Assembly: GCA_048938005.1 (NCBI GenBank) | Contig: JBHLMQ010000011.1 | Coordinates: 1 to 64,000 of the forward strand | DNA from: Promethearchaeota archaeon | Lineage (GTDB): Archaea; Asgardarchaeota; Lokiarchaeia; Sigyniarchaeales; SOKP01 | Reading direction: 5' to 3' | DNA length: 64,000 nt | Part shown: piece after piece, positions 21,172 to 31,670 of the stretch | Layout: the number at the start of each line of letters is the position of its first letter | How positions within the stretch are numbered: position 1 is the stretch's first letter | Notes under the pieces: model-generated | What the model saw: only the letters and a program-made list of their open reading frames with translations | What the model was told of the DNA's origin: nothing | Database searches by the model: none | Position numbers and translations under genes: made by a program

Positions 21172-21954
21172 TTACATTAATTTCCCATAAAAAACTTCTG
21201 TATCATATTCAAATCTAATAAGACCATTTTTCTGGAACTTTTCGAATAATTCCTTTAAATCAAGCAACATATCATTGAATTTTGGATGATCACTTAAAGG
21301 TATATACGAAGTAGAAAGTAACCGCCCCTCTAAACCTTTGTAATCGAATATTTGATGGTTTTCAAATGTAGTTTTATCATATGTATGCTCCGTTTTATTT
21401 CCCGTAAAAAATTTATCGTAATCAAGTTTACTTTGTTCGATAGCTTCATAGTCCGTTCCGTATAATAGAAGAAATTTTTCATACTCCTTTAAAAATTCAT
21501 TTGTAAGTTTTCTTCGGCGATTCCAAATAAGAATAACCCATCCTTCAGGCTTAAGAATACGCATAAATTCTAATCTAGCTTTTTCTAGGTCAAACCAATG
21601 AAATGCTTGACCAGCAGTTATAATATCGATTGAATTATCATCTAATTTCGTATCTTCCGCACAGCCATCAATACTAATAAAATTTGAATATTTACTCAAT
21701 AAATTTTCTGCCGCATTTCTCATATCAATATTGGGTTCGACTCCGTAGACCAAATTCCCTCTCTTAAGAAAAATTTCACTTAATATCCCCGTTCCTGATC
21801 CTATATCTGCGATTACAGAATTGGCAGAAAGAATTTTCTTCTCTTTCAAGAATTCAATTATTTCTGGAGGATAACCGGGTCTATATTTAATATATCTCTC
21901 CACTCTCGAAGAGAATCTTTTCTTGGAATCAAATATAAACTTCTTTTTTGGCAT
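21172..21954 (-). CDS. Class I SAM-dependent methyltransferase
   Basis: YRPGYP, IADIGSGTG, VEPN, AGQAFHWF and LKPEG motifs. Confidence 0.9.
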   Translation of the reverse strand: MPKKKFIFDSKKRFSSRVERYIKYRPGYPPEIIEFLKEKKILSANSVIADIGSGTGILSEIFLKRGNLVYGVEPNIDMRNAAENLLSKYSNFISIDGCAEDTKLDDNSIDIITAGQAFHWFDLEKARLEFMRILKPEGWVILIWNRRRKLTNEFLKEYEKFLLLYGTDYEAIEQSKLDYDKFFTGNKTEHTYDKTTFENHQIFDYKGLEGRLLSTSYIPLSDHPKFNDMLLDLKELFEKFQKNGLIRFEYDTEVFYGKLM

Positions 21955-21989
21955 TGTAATAAAAAAAAAGGAAAAAAATTTGTATTAAT

Positions 21990-23927
21990 TCATTGAGCAT
22001 GTTTTTGTTTAATAAGAGTTAACTTTCCACCAGCCATTAATTCTTCTAAACCTTGTTCACTTAGAGAATGAGTTAACTCAATTTCTAAATTTTTAGTTTT
22101 ATTTTTTAATGAAACCTTACCAGATTTGATAGTAGTTAAATCAATCTCAAATTGATCTCCAGCATCAATTTTATTGTAATCTTCTTTATTTACGAAGGTA
22201 AGTGGCACTATACCAAAATTTAAAAGATTAGCTAAATGAATCCTTGCAAAACTCTTTACTATTACCGCTTTGATTCCGAGATATTTGGGTGCTATTGCAG
22301 CATGTTCCCGACTTGAACCTTGTCCATAGTTCTCGCCTCCTACAATAAATCCTCCTCCCTTCTCAAGAGATCTATCATGAAAGGATTCATCAACCACATT
22401 AAAAACATATTTGCTAATTTCTGGTATATTGCTTCTTAATGGTAAGATTTTTGCTCCAGCTGGCATTATGTGATCTGTTGTTATATCATCTTCAACCTTT
22501 AAAAGAACTTCTCCTTCTAATTTATCTGGTAAAGGATTAAATTCAGGCAAAGGTTTAATGTTGGGACCTCTGACTATTTCTATATTTTTAGCTTCTTCAG
22601 GTGGTAATGGTGGCACTATTAAATTATCATTTACCATAAATCGCTTCGGCATTTCTAACTTAGGTAAATCACCATATTTTCTTGGATCTGTAATTTTTCC
22701 TTCTATCGCAGCTATAGCGGCAGTTTCAGGACTAACTAAGTAAATATTTGCATTTTTTGTTCCTGATCGTCCAAGAAAGTTCCTATTAAAGGTTCTTAAA
22801 GAAACAGCTTTACTTTTAGGGGCTAAACCCATACCAATGCAAGGACCACATGCATTTTCTAAAATTCTTGCTCCAGCTTTTATTAAATAACCCATTTCAC
22901 CAGAATCTATCATATGATCAACTACTTGTCGAGAACCAGGAGATACAGTTAAAACAGTATTCAAGTTTATAGTTTTCCCTTTTAACATGTTTGCAACGAT
23001 TTTGAGATCTCTTAAGGAAGAATTAGTACAACTTCCGATACAAACCTGATCTACATTTAATCCTTCTAATTCTTTAACAGTTTTAACATTGCCAGGACTA
23101 TGAGGCTCGGCAATTAATGGTTCTAATTCACTTAAATTAATTTCGATTATCTCATCATATTCAGCATCATCGTCTGGTTCTAATCGAATCCATTGCTCTC
23201 CTCTTTCTTGAGCTTCTAAAAATTCTTTAGTAATTTTATCAGAAGGAAAAATTGATGTTGTAGCTCCCGTTTCAGTACCCATATTGGTTATTGTACCACG
23301 TTCAGGAACTGTTAGTGTTTTTATTCCTGGACCAGTATATTCTAGAACCTTATTTATAGCTCCTTTTACTCCAATTCTTCTTAAAACTTCTAATATTACG
23401 TCTTTAGCAGAAACAAAATCAGGAAGTTTCCCTGTGAGATACACATTAACAACTTTAGGCATTTTCAAGTGGAAGGGTTCTCCTGCCATTGCAGCGGCGA
23501 CGTCAAGTCCTCCTGAACCAATTGCTATTGATCCAACACCACCTCCAGTAGGAGTATGGCTGTCGCTTCCTAATAATGTTTTTCCTGGTCGAGCAAAACG
23601 TTCAAGATGCACTTGATGGCAGATCCCATTCCCTGGACGTGAAAAGTATAATCCATATTTTGCGGCAATACTTTGGAGATATCTATGATCATCAGGATTT
23701 TTAAAATCAGTTTGTAAAGTATTATGATCGACATAACTCACTGATAATTCCGTTTGAACACGCGAGACTCCCATTGCTTCGAATTGTAAGTATGCCATTG
23801 TTCCAGTAGCATCTTGAGTTAATGTTTGATCCATTTTTATGGCAATATCCGTCCCTTTTTCTAATTTACCATCAACTAAATGCTGTTCCAATATTTTTTC
23901 TGTTAGAGTTTTTCCCATAATCTTCAA
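21990..23927 (-). CDS. acnA: Aconitate hydratase
   Basis: TQDATG, DHN, GICHQ, GSDSHT, GSCTNS, ACGPCIG, TTDHI and NYGQGSSREHA motifs; single chain with swivel domain. Confidence 0.92.
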   Translation of the reverse strand: MKIMGKTLTEKILEQHLVDGKLEKGTDIAIKMDQTLTQDATGTMAYLQFEAMGVSRVQTELSVSYVDHNTLQTDFKNPDDHRYLQSIAAKYGLYFSRPGNGICHQVHLERFARPGKTLLGSDSHTPTGGGVGSIAIGSGGLDVAAAMAGEPFHLKMPKVVNVYLTGKLPDFVSAKDVILEVLRRIGVKGAINKVLEYTGPGIKTLTVPERGTITNMGTETGATTSIFPSDKITKEFLEAQERGEQWIRLEPDDDAEYDEIIEINLSELEPLIAEPHSPGNVKTVKELEGLNVDQVCIGSCTNSSLRDLKIVANMLKGKTINLNTVLTVSPGSRQVVDHMIDSGEMGYLIKAGARILENACGPCIGMGLAPKSKAVSLRTFNRNFLGRSGTKNANIYLVSPETAAIAAIEGKITDPRKYGDLPKLEMPKRFMVNDNLIVPPLPPEEAKNIEIVRGPNIKPLPEFNPLPDKLEGEVLLKVEDDITTDHIMPAGAKILPLRSNIPEISKYVFNVVDESFHDRSLEKGGGFIVGGENYGQGSSREHAAIAPKYLGIKAVIVKSFARIHLANLLNFGIVPLTFVNKEDYNKIDAGDQFEIDLTTIKSGKVSLKNKTKNLEIELTHSLSEQGLEELMAGGKLTLIKQKHAQ

Positions 23928-23936
23928 CCATGTTCT

Positions 23937-24059
23937 ATATTTTTTTGCGTTTCTGGACTTAATAAATTCTAAAATAATTAAAATTGAAATGCAATTAAAT
24001 TTTTCTTTTGGAATTTACCCATCTTTATCCCCGTTTAGATAAGGTTTAGATATCTATCA
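23937..24059. repeat. ~123-bp direct repeat, copy 1 (aconitase upstream region)
   Basis: Aligns with 25539-25661, sharing for example aaatgcaattaaatttttcttttggaatttacccatct and agataaggtttagatat. Confidence 0.9.
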
Positions 24060-24245
24060 TTTAATTTTGGGGAGAAATTCCCTTTATTGAAAATAACAAC
24101 TTTAGTGAAAAAAGAGTTTGCTATTTCAATTAAGATGACAAAAATAAAGACAAATTTTTACTAAAAAGTATAAATATCAAGCTATTAATATTACCTTCGT
24201 ATCATATAATATTTTAATTTTTAACAAAATAAGGCGAAATTTAAA

Positions 24246-25274
24246 ATGTATAGTGTGATAAGTAGAAAAAGAATGATTATTTCAACTATAGTATTTTTCT
24301 TTATAATTACTAACCCGATTATTACTGTTATACTCGATATAAATTTAGGGAATGATATAGTTAATAAAAATCTGTTAAAACTTTCTAATTCAGATATTGC
24401 TATAATCACACCGGAGAATAAAACTTACATTGAATCTATGAGTGGTTATTATCCCGCTACCTTTGGATTTGAAAATGATGAAGATCATTCTGATCCAAAT
24501 GGATGGATAATTTTTAATGAAAATCCTGAAGCAGAAGTTATTTCAAAATTGTATGGACATAATAAAGTACTAAGATTCTATGATACTGTTAGTGCAAGTA
24601 TTATCATTCCCGATAATTCATGTTCATGGGAGGTAGATTCTCCTCAAAATATATCTTGGAACTCAACAGGAGCAATTTCTGACGTAAAACTTGAATTATA
24701 TAAAGAGGACGTATTAGTAATGGAAATTGTTTCAGAAACGTCTAATGATGGTTTCTATTCTTGGAATATATCCTCGATTTTAGAAGGTTCTACTCATTAT
24801 CAAATCAAAATTAGTAATGTGTCCAATTCTTCTATTTATGATTATACTGAATATTTTGAAATATATACATCCATAATTGATTCACTCACAGTTACCACTC
24901 CTGATATTCTTACCATATGGGAAACTGGTACTTCTCAAGATATTACTTGGACCTCCACTGGTACTATCTCTTATGTAAAGATAGAATTGTATGAAAATGA
25001 TGAATTTGTAATGGACATCACGACAAGCACTATTAATGATGGTTCTTATATGTGGGCTATATCACCTGATCTTGAAGAGGGGATTGACTATCAAATAAAG
25101 ATCAGCAATGTTTTCGATCCCATAACCTATGATTTTAGTGATTATTTTGAGATAAAGAAACCAACATCTGAGGGTTTAACTGATATTCCAGGATACGATT
25201 TATACCTCTTAATAAGTATAATATCCATTATTTCAGTAATTCTATTTAGAAACAGGTTTAAAAAATTAAAATAA
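24246..25274 (+). CDS. Surface protein with two Ser/Thr-rich Ig-like (Kre9/KNH-like) repeats and an IPGY-TM-basic sorting tail
   Basis: N-terminal hydrophobic segment; repeated I.W.STG.IS.VK.ELY...NDG.Y.W.I...YQIKISNV; ends IPGY + TM + RNRFKKLK. Confidence 0.8.
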   Translation: MYSVISRKRMIISTIVFFFIITNPIITVILDINLGNDIVNKNLLKLSNSDIAIITPENKTYIESMSGYYPATFGFENDEDHSDPNGWIIFNENPEAEVISKLYGHNKVLRFYDTVSASIIIPDNSCSWEVDSPQNISWNSTGAISDVKLELYKEDVLVMEIVSETSNDGFYSWNISSILEGSTHYQIKISNVSNSSIYDYTEYFEIYTSIIDSLTVTTPDILTIWETGTSQDITWTSTGTISYVKIELYENDEFVMDITTSTINDGSYMWAISPDLEEGIDYQIKISNVFDPITYDFSDYFEIKKPTSEGLTDIPGYDLYLLISIISIISVILFRNRFKKLK

Positions 25275-25395
25275 AATTTTTTTTTGCTTATTAAAAATTA
25301 TTGTTCCATCTTTTACTTTTTTAATTATTTTTTTTGTGATTAAATAAAATTATTTAGCAAAAATCAAATTATTGATAAAGAGTAGATAAATCTAA

Positions 25396-25539
25396 TTAAA
25401 TTATCTTTATGTAAATTTAAATGATATAGAGAAATTAGATGCTTTATTCAATGCATTGGATGAAATGATTGAAGGGAAAAAGTTATTCGATCAATTTCCT
25501 ATAGGTATATTTCAAACAGGTTCGGGAACTCAAGGTTAA
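25396..25539 (+). pseudogene. fumC fragment
   Basis: Translates ...DIEKLDALFNALDEMIEGKKLFDQFPIGIFQTGSGTQG*, matching DKENGNAILQAVNEILEGNKYLDQFPIDIFQTGSGTQTN of the intact FumC. Bounded by in-frame stops. Confidence 0.8.
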
Positions 25540-25661
25540 TATTTTTTTACGTTTCTGGATCAACGAAATTCTAACTTAATTAAAATTAAAATGCAATTAA
25601 ATTTTTCTTTTGGAATTTACCCATCTCTATCCACTTTAAGATAAGGTTTAGATATATATCA
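25539..25661. repeat. ~123-bp direct repeat, copy 2
   Basis: Near-identical to 23937-24059; begins at the stop of the fumC fragment. Confidence 0.9.
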
Positions 25662-25688
25662 AGATTTTGTTTAATTATATAGTTTATA

Positions 25689-26222
25689 ATGTCGATTAAC
25701 ATGAGAGAAGATTTGGAATTACTTACTAAGGAGGAATTATTGAATTATATCGAAGATATATCCAAAAACTGGTTAGCTATCGATGGTACGTGGTTTCAAG
25801 TAGTTGAAAGCGAATATGGGCTTGAAAAGGCAATAGAACTTGATGTAAATCAATGGAAAAGATTCACTGTTATTGAGGCAAAAAGAATCATGGATAGATT
25901 TAAAATTCCTGAAAATGGGGGAATCCCCGCTTTAATTAAAGCTCTTAAATATAGAGTATATGCGAATATTAATATACAGGAAGTTATTGAAGTTTCAGAT
26001 AATAAATGTGTGTTTAGAATGATTGATTGCCGTGTTCAATCTGCTAGAAAACGGCGAGGTCTTCCTGATTTTCCTTGCAAACAAGTAGGTATCGTAGAAT
26101 ATGGTCTGTTTGCTAAAACAATAGATCCAAGAATAGAAACAAAATGTATGGCATGTCCTCCTGGTCCGCATCCAGATGAATTTTGGTGTAGTTGGGAGTT
26201 CACAATAAAAGAATCCTCTTAA
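25689..26222 (+). CDS. DUF6125-like protein (Cys-rich, V4R-like)
   Basis: NWLAIDGTWF, CRVQ.AR...FPCK and C.ACPP...WCSWEF motifs. Confidence 0.7.
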   Translation: MSINMREDLELLTKEELLNYIEDISKNWLAIDGTWFQVVESEYGLEKAIELDVNQWKRFTVIEAKRIMDRFKIPENGGIPALIKALKYRVYANINIQEVIEVSDNKCVFRMIDCRVQSARKRRGLPDFPCKQVGIVEYGLFAKTIDPRIETKCMACPPGPHPDEFWCSWEFTIKESS

Positions 26223-26414
26223 ATTCATTTAGCTAATAAACATTTTTTATTAAATTTCTATTTATTACATATTTAATTTTTAAAGAATGGTGAAAGAAAG
26301 TTTAATAAGTTATTTTTATTAAGACTATTATAAGATTTTATAAAAAATTTTATCCTAAATTAATAATGAACAAAGATAATAATATTTTAAAAAATAATTA
26401 GGTTTTGATGTAAT

Positions 26415-26834
26415 ATGTCCGAAGAACATATCCGAGGTCAAATTAGTGCAAAAGAAGATGAAATAACGAGAATTGAAGAAGATGCTGCGAAAAAAGAAGC
26501 ATCAGCAGAAGCAGAAATTGAAGAAGAATTTGACCCTAAGATTGAAGAAGCAAAATTAAAATTAGAAGAAGAAGAAACCTTACGAGATGAAGCTATTGAA
26601 AAAACATCGGAATGGAGTGATAAAAAGAAAGAAAAGATCGCCGCAGCAAAAGAAGCTAATAAAGCGTTTAACAGTTTAAAAAATGATAAAGAAAAAGCTC
26701 TTAATGCTAAATTGAAAGAAATTGAAAACGAAAAGAAAAGTAAAGTTAAAGAGGTTCAAGGAGAAATTAAAATACTCCAAAAACAATTAATTGCTTTGGA
26801 AAAAGCAAAAGAGAAAGAAGCTTCTGAGGAATAA
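26415..26834 (+). CDS. Highly charged coiled-coil protein
   Basis: 139 aa dominated by E, K and A. Confidence 0.7.
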   Translation: MSEEHIRGQISAKEDEITRIEEDAAKKEASAEAEIEEEFDPKIEEAKLKLEEEETLRDEAIEKTSEWSDKKKEKIAAAKEANKAFNSLKNDKEKALNAKLKEIENEKKSKVKEVQGEIKILQKQLIALEKAKEKEASEE

Positions 26835-26968
26835 AATAAGAAAATTTAGTGTATAAACTTTTTCATAATTCTTTTTTAAAATTTTTTCTTCTTTAATAAA
26901 AATCCTTTTTTTTATAATAAAATAGCAAACAATCTAGAATAAATATAAAAGTAATAGTTATAGAAGAA

Positions 26969-27112
26969 TTATAGGTTTAATGGCAATTTTTGCCCTTTTT
27001 CATTAACAATTTCTTTCAAATTTTCAGGTTGGAGCCTCAACTCGTCGTAAAGCCAGTTCAAAATCCTTATCTTAGAGTTATATAATTCAACTTCTTCTTC
27101 AAATAACTGCAT
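26969..27112 (-). CDS. Possible small protein or gene remnant (47 aa)
   Basis: Manual translation MQLFEEEVELYNSKIRILNWLYDELRLQPENLKEIVNEKGQKLPLNL*. Confidence 0.3.
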   Translation of the reverse strand: MQLFEEEVELYNSKIRILNWLYDELRLQPENLKEIVNEKGQKLPLNL

Positions 27113-27263
27113 AATATAATTACTAATATTCTTATTTGACTATATTCCAAGAGATTTGAATTTACATATTTAACTATGTAATATCTAAATATCATTTGAA
27201 AAAGAGCACCTTTAATTCGCAATTTTTAAGAAAAATGATAAGTGAACTTTAAGGGTTAAAATT

Positions 27264-27677
27264 CTAAGATCTCATATATTTTTTCTGAATATCGTCAAGT
27301 TCATACATAATATTTTCAATTGGATATCCATTTATCACTCTATGCATTTTATTGATTAATTCTTTAGGGAACATATCAAATTGAGCAATTAATTCTCTAT
27401 AATCCTTAAATTCGTTTGTTACTTCATATATATCGGAACTTCTCTTAACATCAAATTCTCTTGTTACAATCTCTACAAAAGATTTAATTAAATCATTATA
27501 AAATTCATCTTCCAACTGTTGAGCAGTATAATTGATATCGTATATCATATGATCGTATTTTTTGTTTACATCTTGGATTTCTCTTTCTCTTTTAACATTT
27601 ATATCATCGATTTTTGGTTGTAATTCTTTCTTTTTTTTATCTAATTCTTCAAGCTTGGCTTTTAACCGATCACTCAT
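27264..27677 (-). CDS. Hypothetical protein with N-terminal coiled coil
   Basis: 137 aa ORF with protein-like composition. Confidence 0.7.
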   Translation of the reverse strand: MSDRLKAKLEELDKKKKELQPKIDDINVKREREIQDVNKKYDHMIYDINYTAQQLEDEFYNDLIKSFVEIVTREFDVKRSSDIYEVTNEFKDYRELIAQFDMFPKELINKMHRVINGYPIENIMYELDDIQKKYMRS

Positions 27678-27861
27678 AATAGTCTTTAATAAAGGACATT
27701 ATTTAAAGAATTAGCTAAAACTCTCTCTAATATATAACAGAGTAAAATATAAGAAATAGGCGTAAATAAACTTTAGTAATTTAATAAAATCTTAATAAAA
27801 CTATTTATTAAAAAATTTAACTAAATAGAATTTCTGATAAAATCATCGATTTTTACTCAAG

Positions 27862-28767
27862 ATGGCTAAAAAAATAAATATACCAGAACCGGAATTAGAC
27901 TTGAAATTTATTGACGTTCACTGCCATTTACCTTTTCCTCGCCCTAAAACTGATCGGTTACCACCAGATCAAAAACAATATTTGGATTATTTAAAAATGG
28001 GTGGAATATATTTAATCACAAGCACTATAGATATGTTAACATTGAATTTAACTCAAAAATTTATGAAGCAAAAAGAAAAAAATTTCGGTTTTACATGTGG
28101 GTGGGCTCCACAGACAGTAACTTATACACCTAAACAACAATATGCTTCTGAATGGAAAAGTTGGGTTGAATTTATTCAAAACAATCAAGATAAATTTTTG
28201 GCAATAGGAGAAATAGGATTAGACTTTCATCATGCTAAAACTTTAGAGAAGAGAAATAGACAAGTAGAAGTATTCAAAGAAATTCTCGAATTAACTAAAG
28301 ATTTTAACAAACCTTATGTTTTGCATGTTAGGAATGCTGCTGAGCATGAATTCGACAGAGAGCACCTAAAGCATAGATATAATAAAAGAGATGGAGCAAT
28401 TAAGGAAATTTTAAACATTTTAAAAGAATTTAAGATTAATCCTGAAAATGTAATGTGGCATTGTTTTTCAGGACCAGAAGAATATGGTAGAACCTTACCA
28501 AATCAAGGATTTATACTTTCTGTACCCAGTTCTGCTTATGGGTTTGATAGATGGCGTAAGGTTACGAAGTTCTCACCATTAGAATCGCTGGTTACTGAGA
28601 CAGATGCTTATTATCAACATCCTTATAAAAGAGGGCCGATAAATACACCTTCTAACGTAAGATATTCTATAGCTGCTATTGCTTATACTCACAATACACC
28701 TCAAAAGTTAGTAAGTGAAAAAACAGTTGAAAATGCTAAAAGATTTTTTAATTTAGAAATAGAATAG
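27862..28767 (+). CDS. tatD: TatD family hydrolase
   Basis: DVHCH, AIGEIGLD, LHVR, WHCFSG and ETD motifs. Confidence 0.9.
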   Translation: MAKKINIPEPELDLKFIDVHCHLPFPRPKTDRLPPDQKQYLDYLKMGGIYLITSTIDMLTLNLTQKFMKQKEKNFGFTCGWAPQTVTYTPKQQYASEWKSWVEFIQNNQDKFLAIGEIGLDFHHAKTLEKRNRQVEVFKEILELTKDFNKPYVLHVRNAAEHEFDREHLKHRYNKRDGAIKEILNILKEFKINPENVMWHCFSGPEEYGRTLPNQGFILSVPSSAYGFDRWRKVTKFSPLESLVTETDAYYQHPYKRGPINTPSNVRYSIAAIAYTHNTPQKLVSEKTVENAKRFFNLEIE

Positions 28768-28837
28768 AAACTATTAATAATGCTTTATTCCTAAATTTAG
28801 AAACTTAAATTATAAAATATTTACTGTGGTGAATTAG

Positions 28838-29353
28838 TTGAAAATTTTAGTAACTTATTATTCGCAATCAGGAAATACAGAAAAAGTTGCGAGAAGCATT
28901 TATGAAGGTTGTGAAGGTGAAGAAACAGATTTAAAACCTATAAATCAGGTAAGTTCTTCAGATTTGAAAAATTATGATTTAATCTTTTTAGGATCAGGAA
29001 TATATGCTAGTCGTGTACATAAATCATTAAGTGAACTAGTAAATTCAGCTGAATCATTACCTGTAAACTTTGTATTTTTCTGTACACATGCAAGTTTAGA
29101 TATGTATCAAGATGGATTTAAATTAATTAAAAGAAAACTAGGGAAAACTAGTTCTAAGATTATAGATATATTTGATTGTATGGGTGATAATATTGGAGTA
29201 CCAGAAGCGACACGAAAAGCAATGTTGGATAAATTACCCCCAGAGCAACGAAAAAAAGCTGAAGAGCATCAACAGAGGCTCAAAGGGCATCCAGATGAAG
29301 AAGACCTTGAAAATGCAAAAAATTTTGCTCAATCTCTTATTAAAAAGTTATAA
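28838..29353 (+). CDS. Flavodoxin family protein
   Basis: YYSQSGNTEKVA FMN-binding loop and HPDEEDL..A..FA motif. Confidence 0.88.
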   Translation: MKILVTYYSQSGNTEKVARSIYEGCEGEETDLKPINQVSSSDLKNYDLIFLGSGIYASRVHKSLSELVNSAESLPVNFVFFCTHASLDMYQDGFKLIKRKLGKTSSKIIDIFDCMGDNIGVPEATRKAMLDKLPPEQRKKAEEHQQRLKGHPDEEDLENAKNFAQSLIKKL

Positions 29354-29489
29354 TTTCTTTATATCCTATTTTTTTTAAATTTTTATATGCATATTTATAG
29401 AATATAAAAATCAGCCTCAAGTTCATTTAAATATTAGGTGTAATAATAGATTCTTATAATTTAATCAACTCTATTTAAAAATGATTTAA

Positions 29490-30584
29490 ATGATAAGAAG
29501 TACAAGAATAATACTAATTGTAGCGGCTATTATAATTGTTGGTGGGGCTTCTATATTTGGAATCATTGTAGCTGTAAATTGGGGTAGATTTGATTACTCA
29601 AACTCATATTATTATCAAGGAATACCGCTTCCTATCGAAAGACTTAACATCAATAGTGATATTGGAGCTATAAATATTAAGTATAATACAACTCCAACTA
29701 ATTATATTGTTGAAATTGATTTAGATATTAGAATCGAAGGTGGTTTTGTAGCTGGAAAATCATTTTCTGATTTTTTTGAAGATATAATTTGGGTAAACGA
29801 TAGTTCTCCTATTACATTCGAACTAGATAAAAAACCTATTACAGGACTTATTATCCCTATTATATTTGACATTAAAATTAATGTTGCCCTCAGAACTGAT
29901 ATTATTTATGATATAAATGCGTTAACTAGCACAGGTGCGGTTGATATGGTTATACCTCAAAATGTTATTCTTAACAACACTATTATAGGAACCTCTACAG
30001 GTTCAATTTTTCTTAGTGCTGATAAAAACACTACAGTTCAAGGAAATCTTGGATTGAGCACTAGTACAGGTTCGATTGATTTTTATGCTAATCAAGTTAA
30101 TTTAAATCGTGGTATTAGTACAGAAACTTCAACAGCATCTATTATTATGAACTTTACGAGATGTGTTATTGGTGATGATATAAGTGGATTATCATCAACA
30201 GGGAGTATAATAGTTAATAGTTATAATATGAAATATACTAAAGATTGTGATTTTGAGATTATTACTTCTACAAGTAGTATTGATGCGAACATCAAGCAAT
30301 ATGTAGAAATGAATGCTAATATTACAGGCACTTTCGAAACATCTACAGGGAGTATTGACATATTATACGATGATTCTTTAAGTATTGTAGGCGCGGAATT
30401 TACGTGTACCACTGGCACAGGCTCAATAAATTATTATGATTTGGGATCTGGAGGGATGAGCGTAATAACCGGTTTAATATCGACTACAATATCGACTGAT
30501 GATTATAACAGTGCGACTAGTAAATATACATTTAGTGTATCCACAGGAACAGGTAGTATCAAAGTATGGGGTCAAAGTTTCTAA
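29490..30584 (+). CDS. Membrane-anchored beta-solenoid protein (DUF4097/adhesin-like)
   Basis: N-terminal TM and repeated (T)STG(S/A)I units; N-terminal half is paralogous to 38978, 47849 and 57121. Confidence 0.7.
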   Translation: MIRSTRIILIVAAIIIVGGASIFGIIVAVNWGRFDYSNSYYYQGIPLPIERLNINSDIGAINIKYNTTPTNYIVEIDLDIRIEGGFVAGKSFSDFFEDIIWVNDSSPITFELDKKPITGLIIPIIFDIKINVALRTDIIYDINALTSTGAVDMVIPQNVILNNTIIGTSTGSIFLSADKNTTVQGNLGLSTSTGSIDFYANQVNLNRGISTETSTASIIMNFTRCVIGDDISGLSSTGSIIVNSYNMKYTKDCDFEIITSTSSIDANIKQYVEMNANITGTFETSTGSIDILYDDSLSIVGAEFTCTTGTGSINYYDLGSGGMSVITGLISTTISTDDYNSATSKYTFSVSTGTGSIKVWGQSF

Positions 30585-30805
30585 GATTACATTTTTAACT
30601 TATTTTTTTTTATCTTAATCCTTTTTATTTTTTAAATTTCTAAAAGAAAAGAATCATTTTTGTGCTCAAAACATCACCATTGTCTTAATCTTCTAAATAT
30701 AATATTGTTATTACAAATAAAACCTTTTAATATATTCAAAATTTAAATAATTATCTTTGAATTAAAGATGTTTTAGATTATTGAAAAAAAGAGGATGGAT
30801 AAATA

Positions 30806-31228
30806 ATGGTTAGTGATGATTTACTTAAAAAATTAAAAGATATAAGAGAGGGAGTAGGTGAGAGACAGCCATCTGATGCTCTTTTATTGGCTGAGGCTTT
30901 AAAACAATTAGCTGTAGAAAATGAAGATATTAAAGAAGAGGTAGAAGATATGGATACTATTATCGCTCAATTTGAATACACTGATATGGATTATAAATAT
31001 TGGGTAAAAGTTGGGGAAGGGCAAGTAGATTATGGAGAAGGGGTGGCTGAAGATGCAAGTGTTACTATGAAAGCAGCAGCAGCCACTTGGGCAGGAATGG
31101 GATCAGGAGAAATTGATGCTACGAGTGCATATATGAGTGGAGATCTACAAATCGAGGGAAATCTCCAAGATGCAATAGCATATGGAGAAGTTAATAACAT
31201 GGTTGGAGAAGTATTGAGAGAACTTTGA
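30806..31228 (+). CDS. SCP2 sterol/lipid-binding domain protein
   Basis: GEIDATSAYMSGDLQIEGN C-terminal signature. Confidence 0.85.
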   Translation: MVSDDLLKKLKDIREGVGERQPSDALLLAEALKQLAVENEDIKEEVEDMDTIIAQFEYTDMDYKYWVKVGEGQVDYGEGVAEDASVTMKAAAATWAGMGSGEIDATSAYMSGDLQIEGNLQDAIAYGEVNNMVGEVLREL

Positions 31229-31281
31229 GGAGAGTAATATCATAAACATTACAATCTGAATTTTAATTCAATTTTTAAATA

Positions 31282-31593
31282 TTAATTTTTTTTATTACTT
31301 TTTCTATGCTTAAATTTTATTCTTATATAGTCTACTAGATTAATTATCAGAAACATTATAAAACTCCATGCTAGGATGTTTATTAATAAATTAGACCAGT
31401 TAATTGTTTTCTCCGCTCCTGGATATACTAATCGGCTCAACCAATAGAATGGAAAGCCCCATCTCTCAATGCCCATAACTTCTCCTATTGGATAGGGAAA
31501 TAATCCAGTAATAATTGTAATAATTAAACCTCCAATAATAGAAAAAAGTAATTTAATGATTAATTTAGTTTTCATAGGAGGATCTATTTGCAC
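31282..31593 (-). CDS. Small two-TM membrane protein
   Basis: Two hydrophobic segments flanking a WGFPFYW motif. Confidence 0.6.
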   Translation of the reverse strand: MQIDPPMKTKLIIKLLFSIIGGLIITIITGLFPYPIGEVMGIERWGFPFYWLSRLVYPGAEKTINWSNLLINILAWSFIMFLIINLVDYIRIKFKHRKSNKKN

Positions 31594-31670
31594 ATGTTAT
31601 ATTTAATACCTCTATCAAAAGTCATTTCTAGGAATTCATGACCAAATAGATGTTTATATATTTCTACTAT

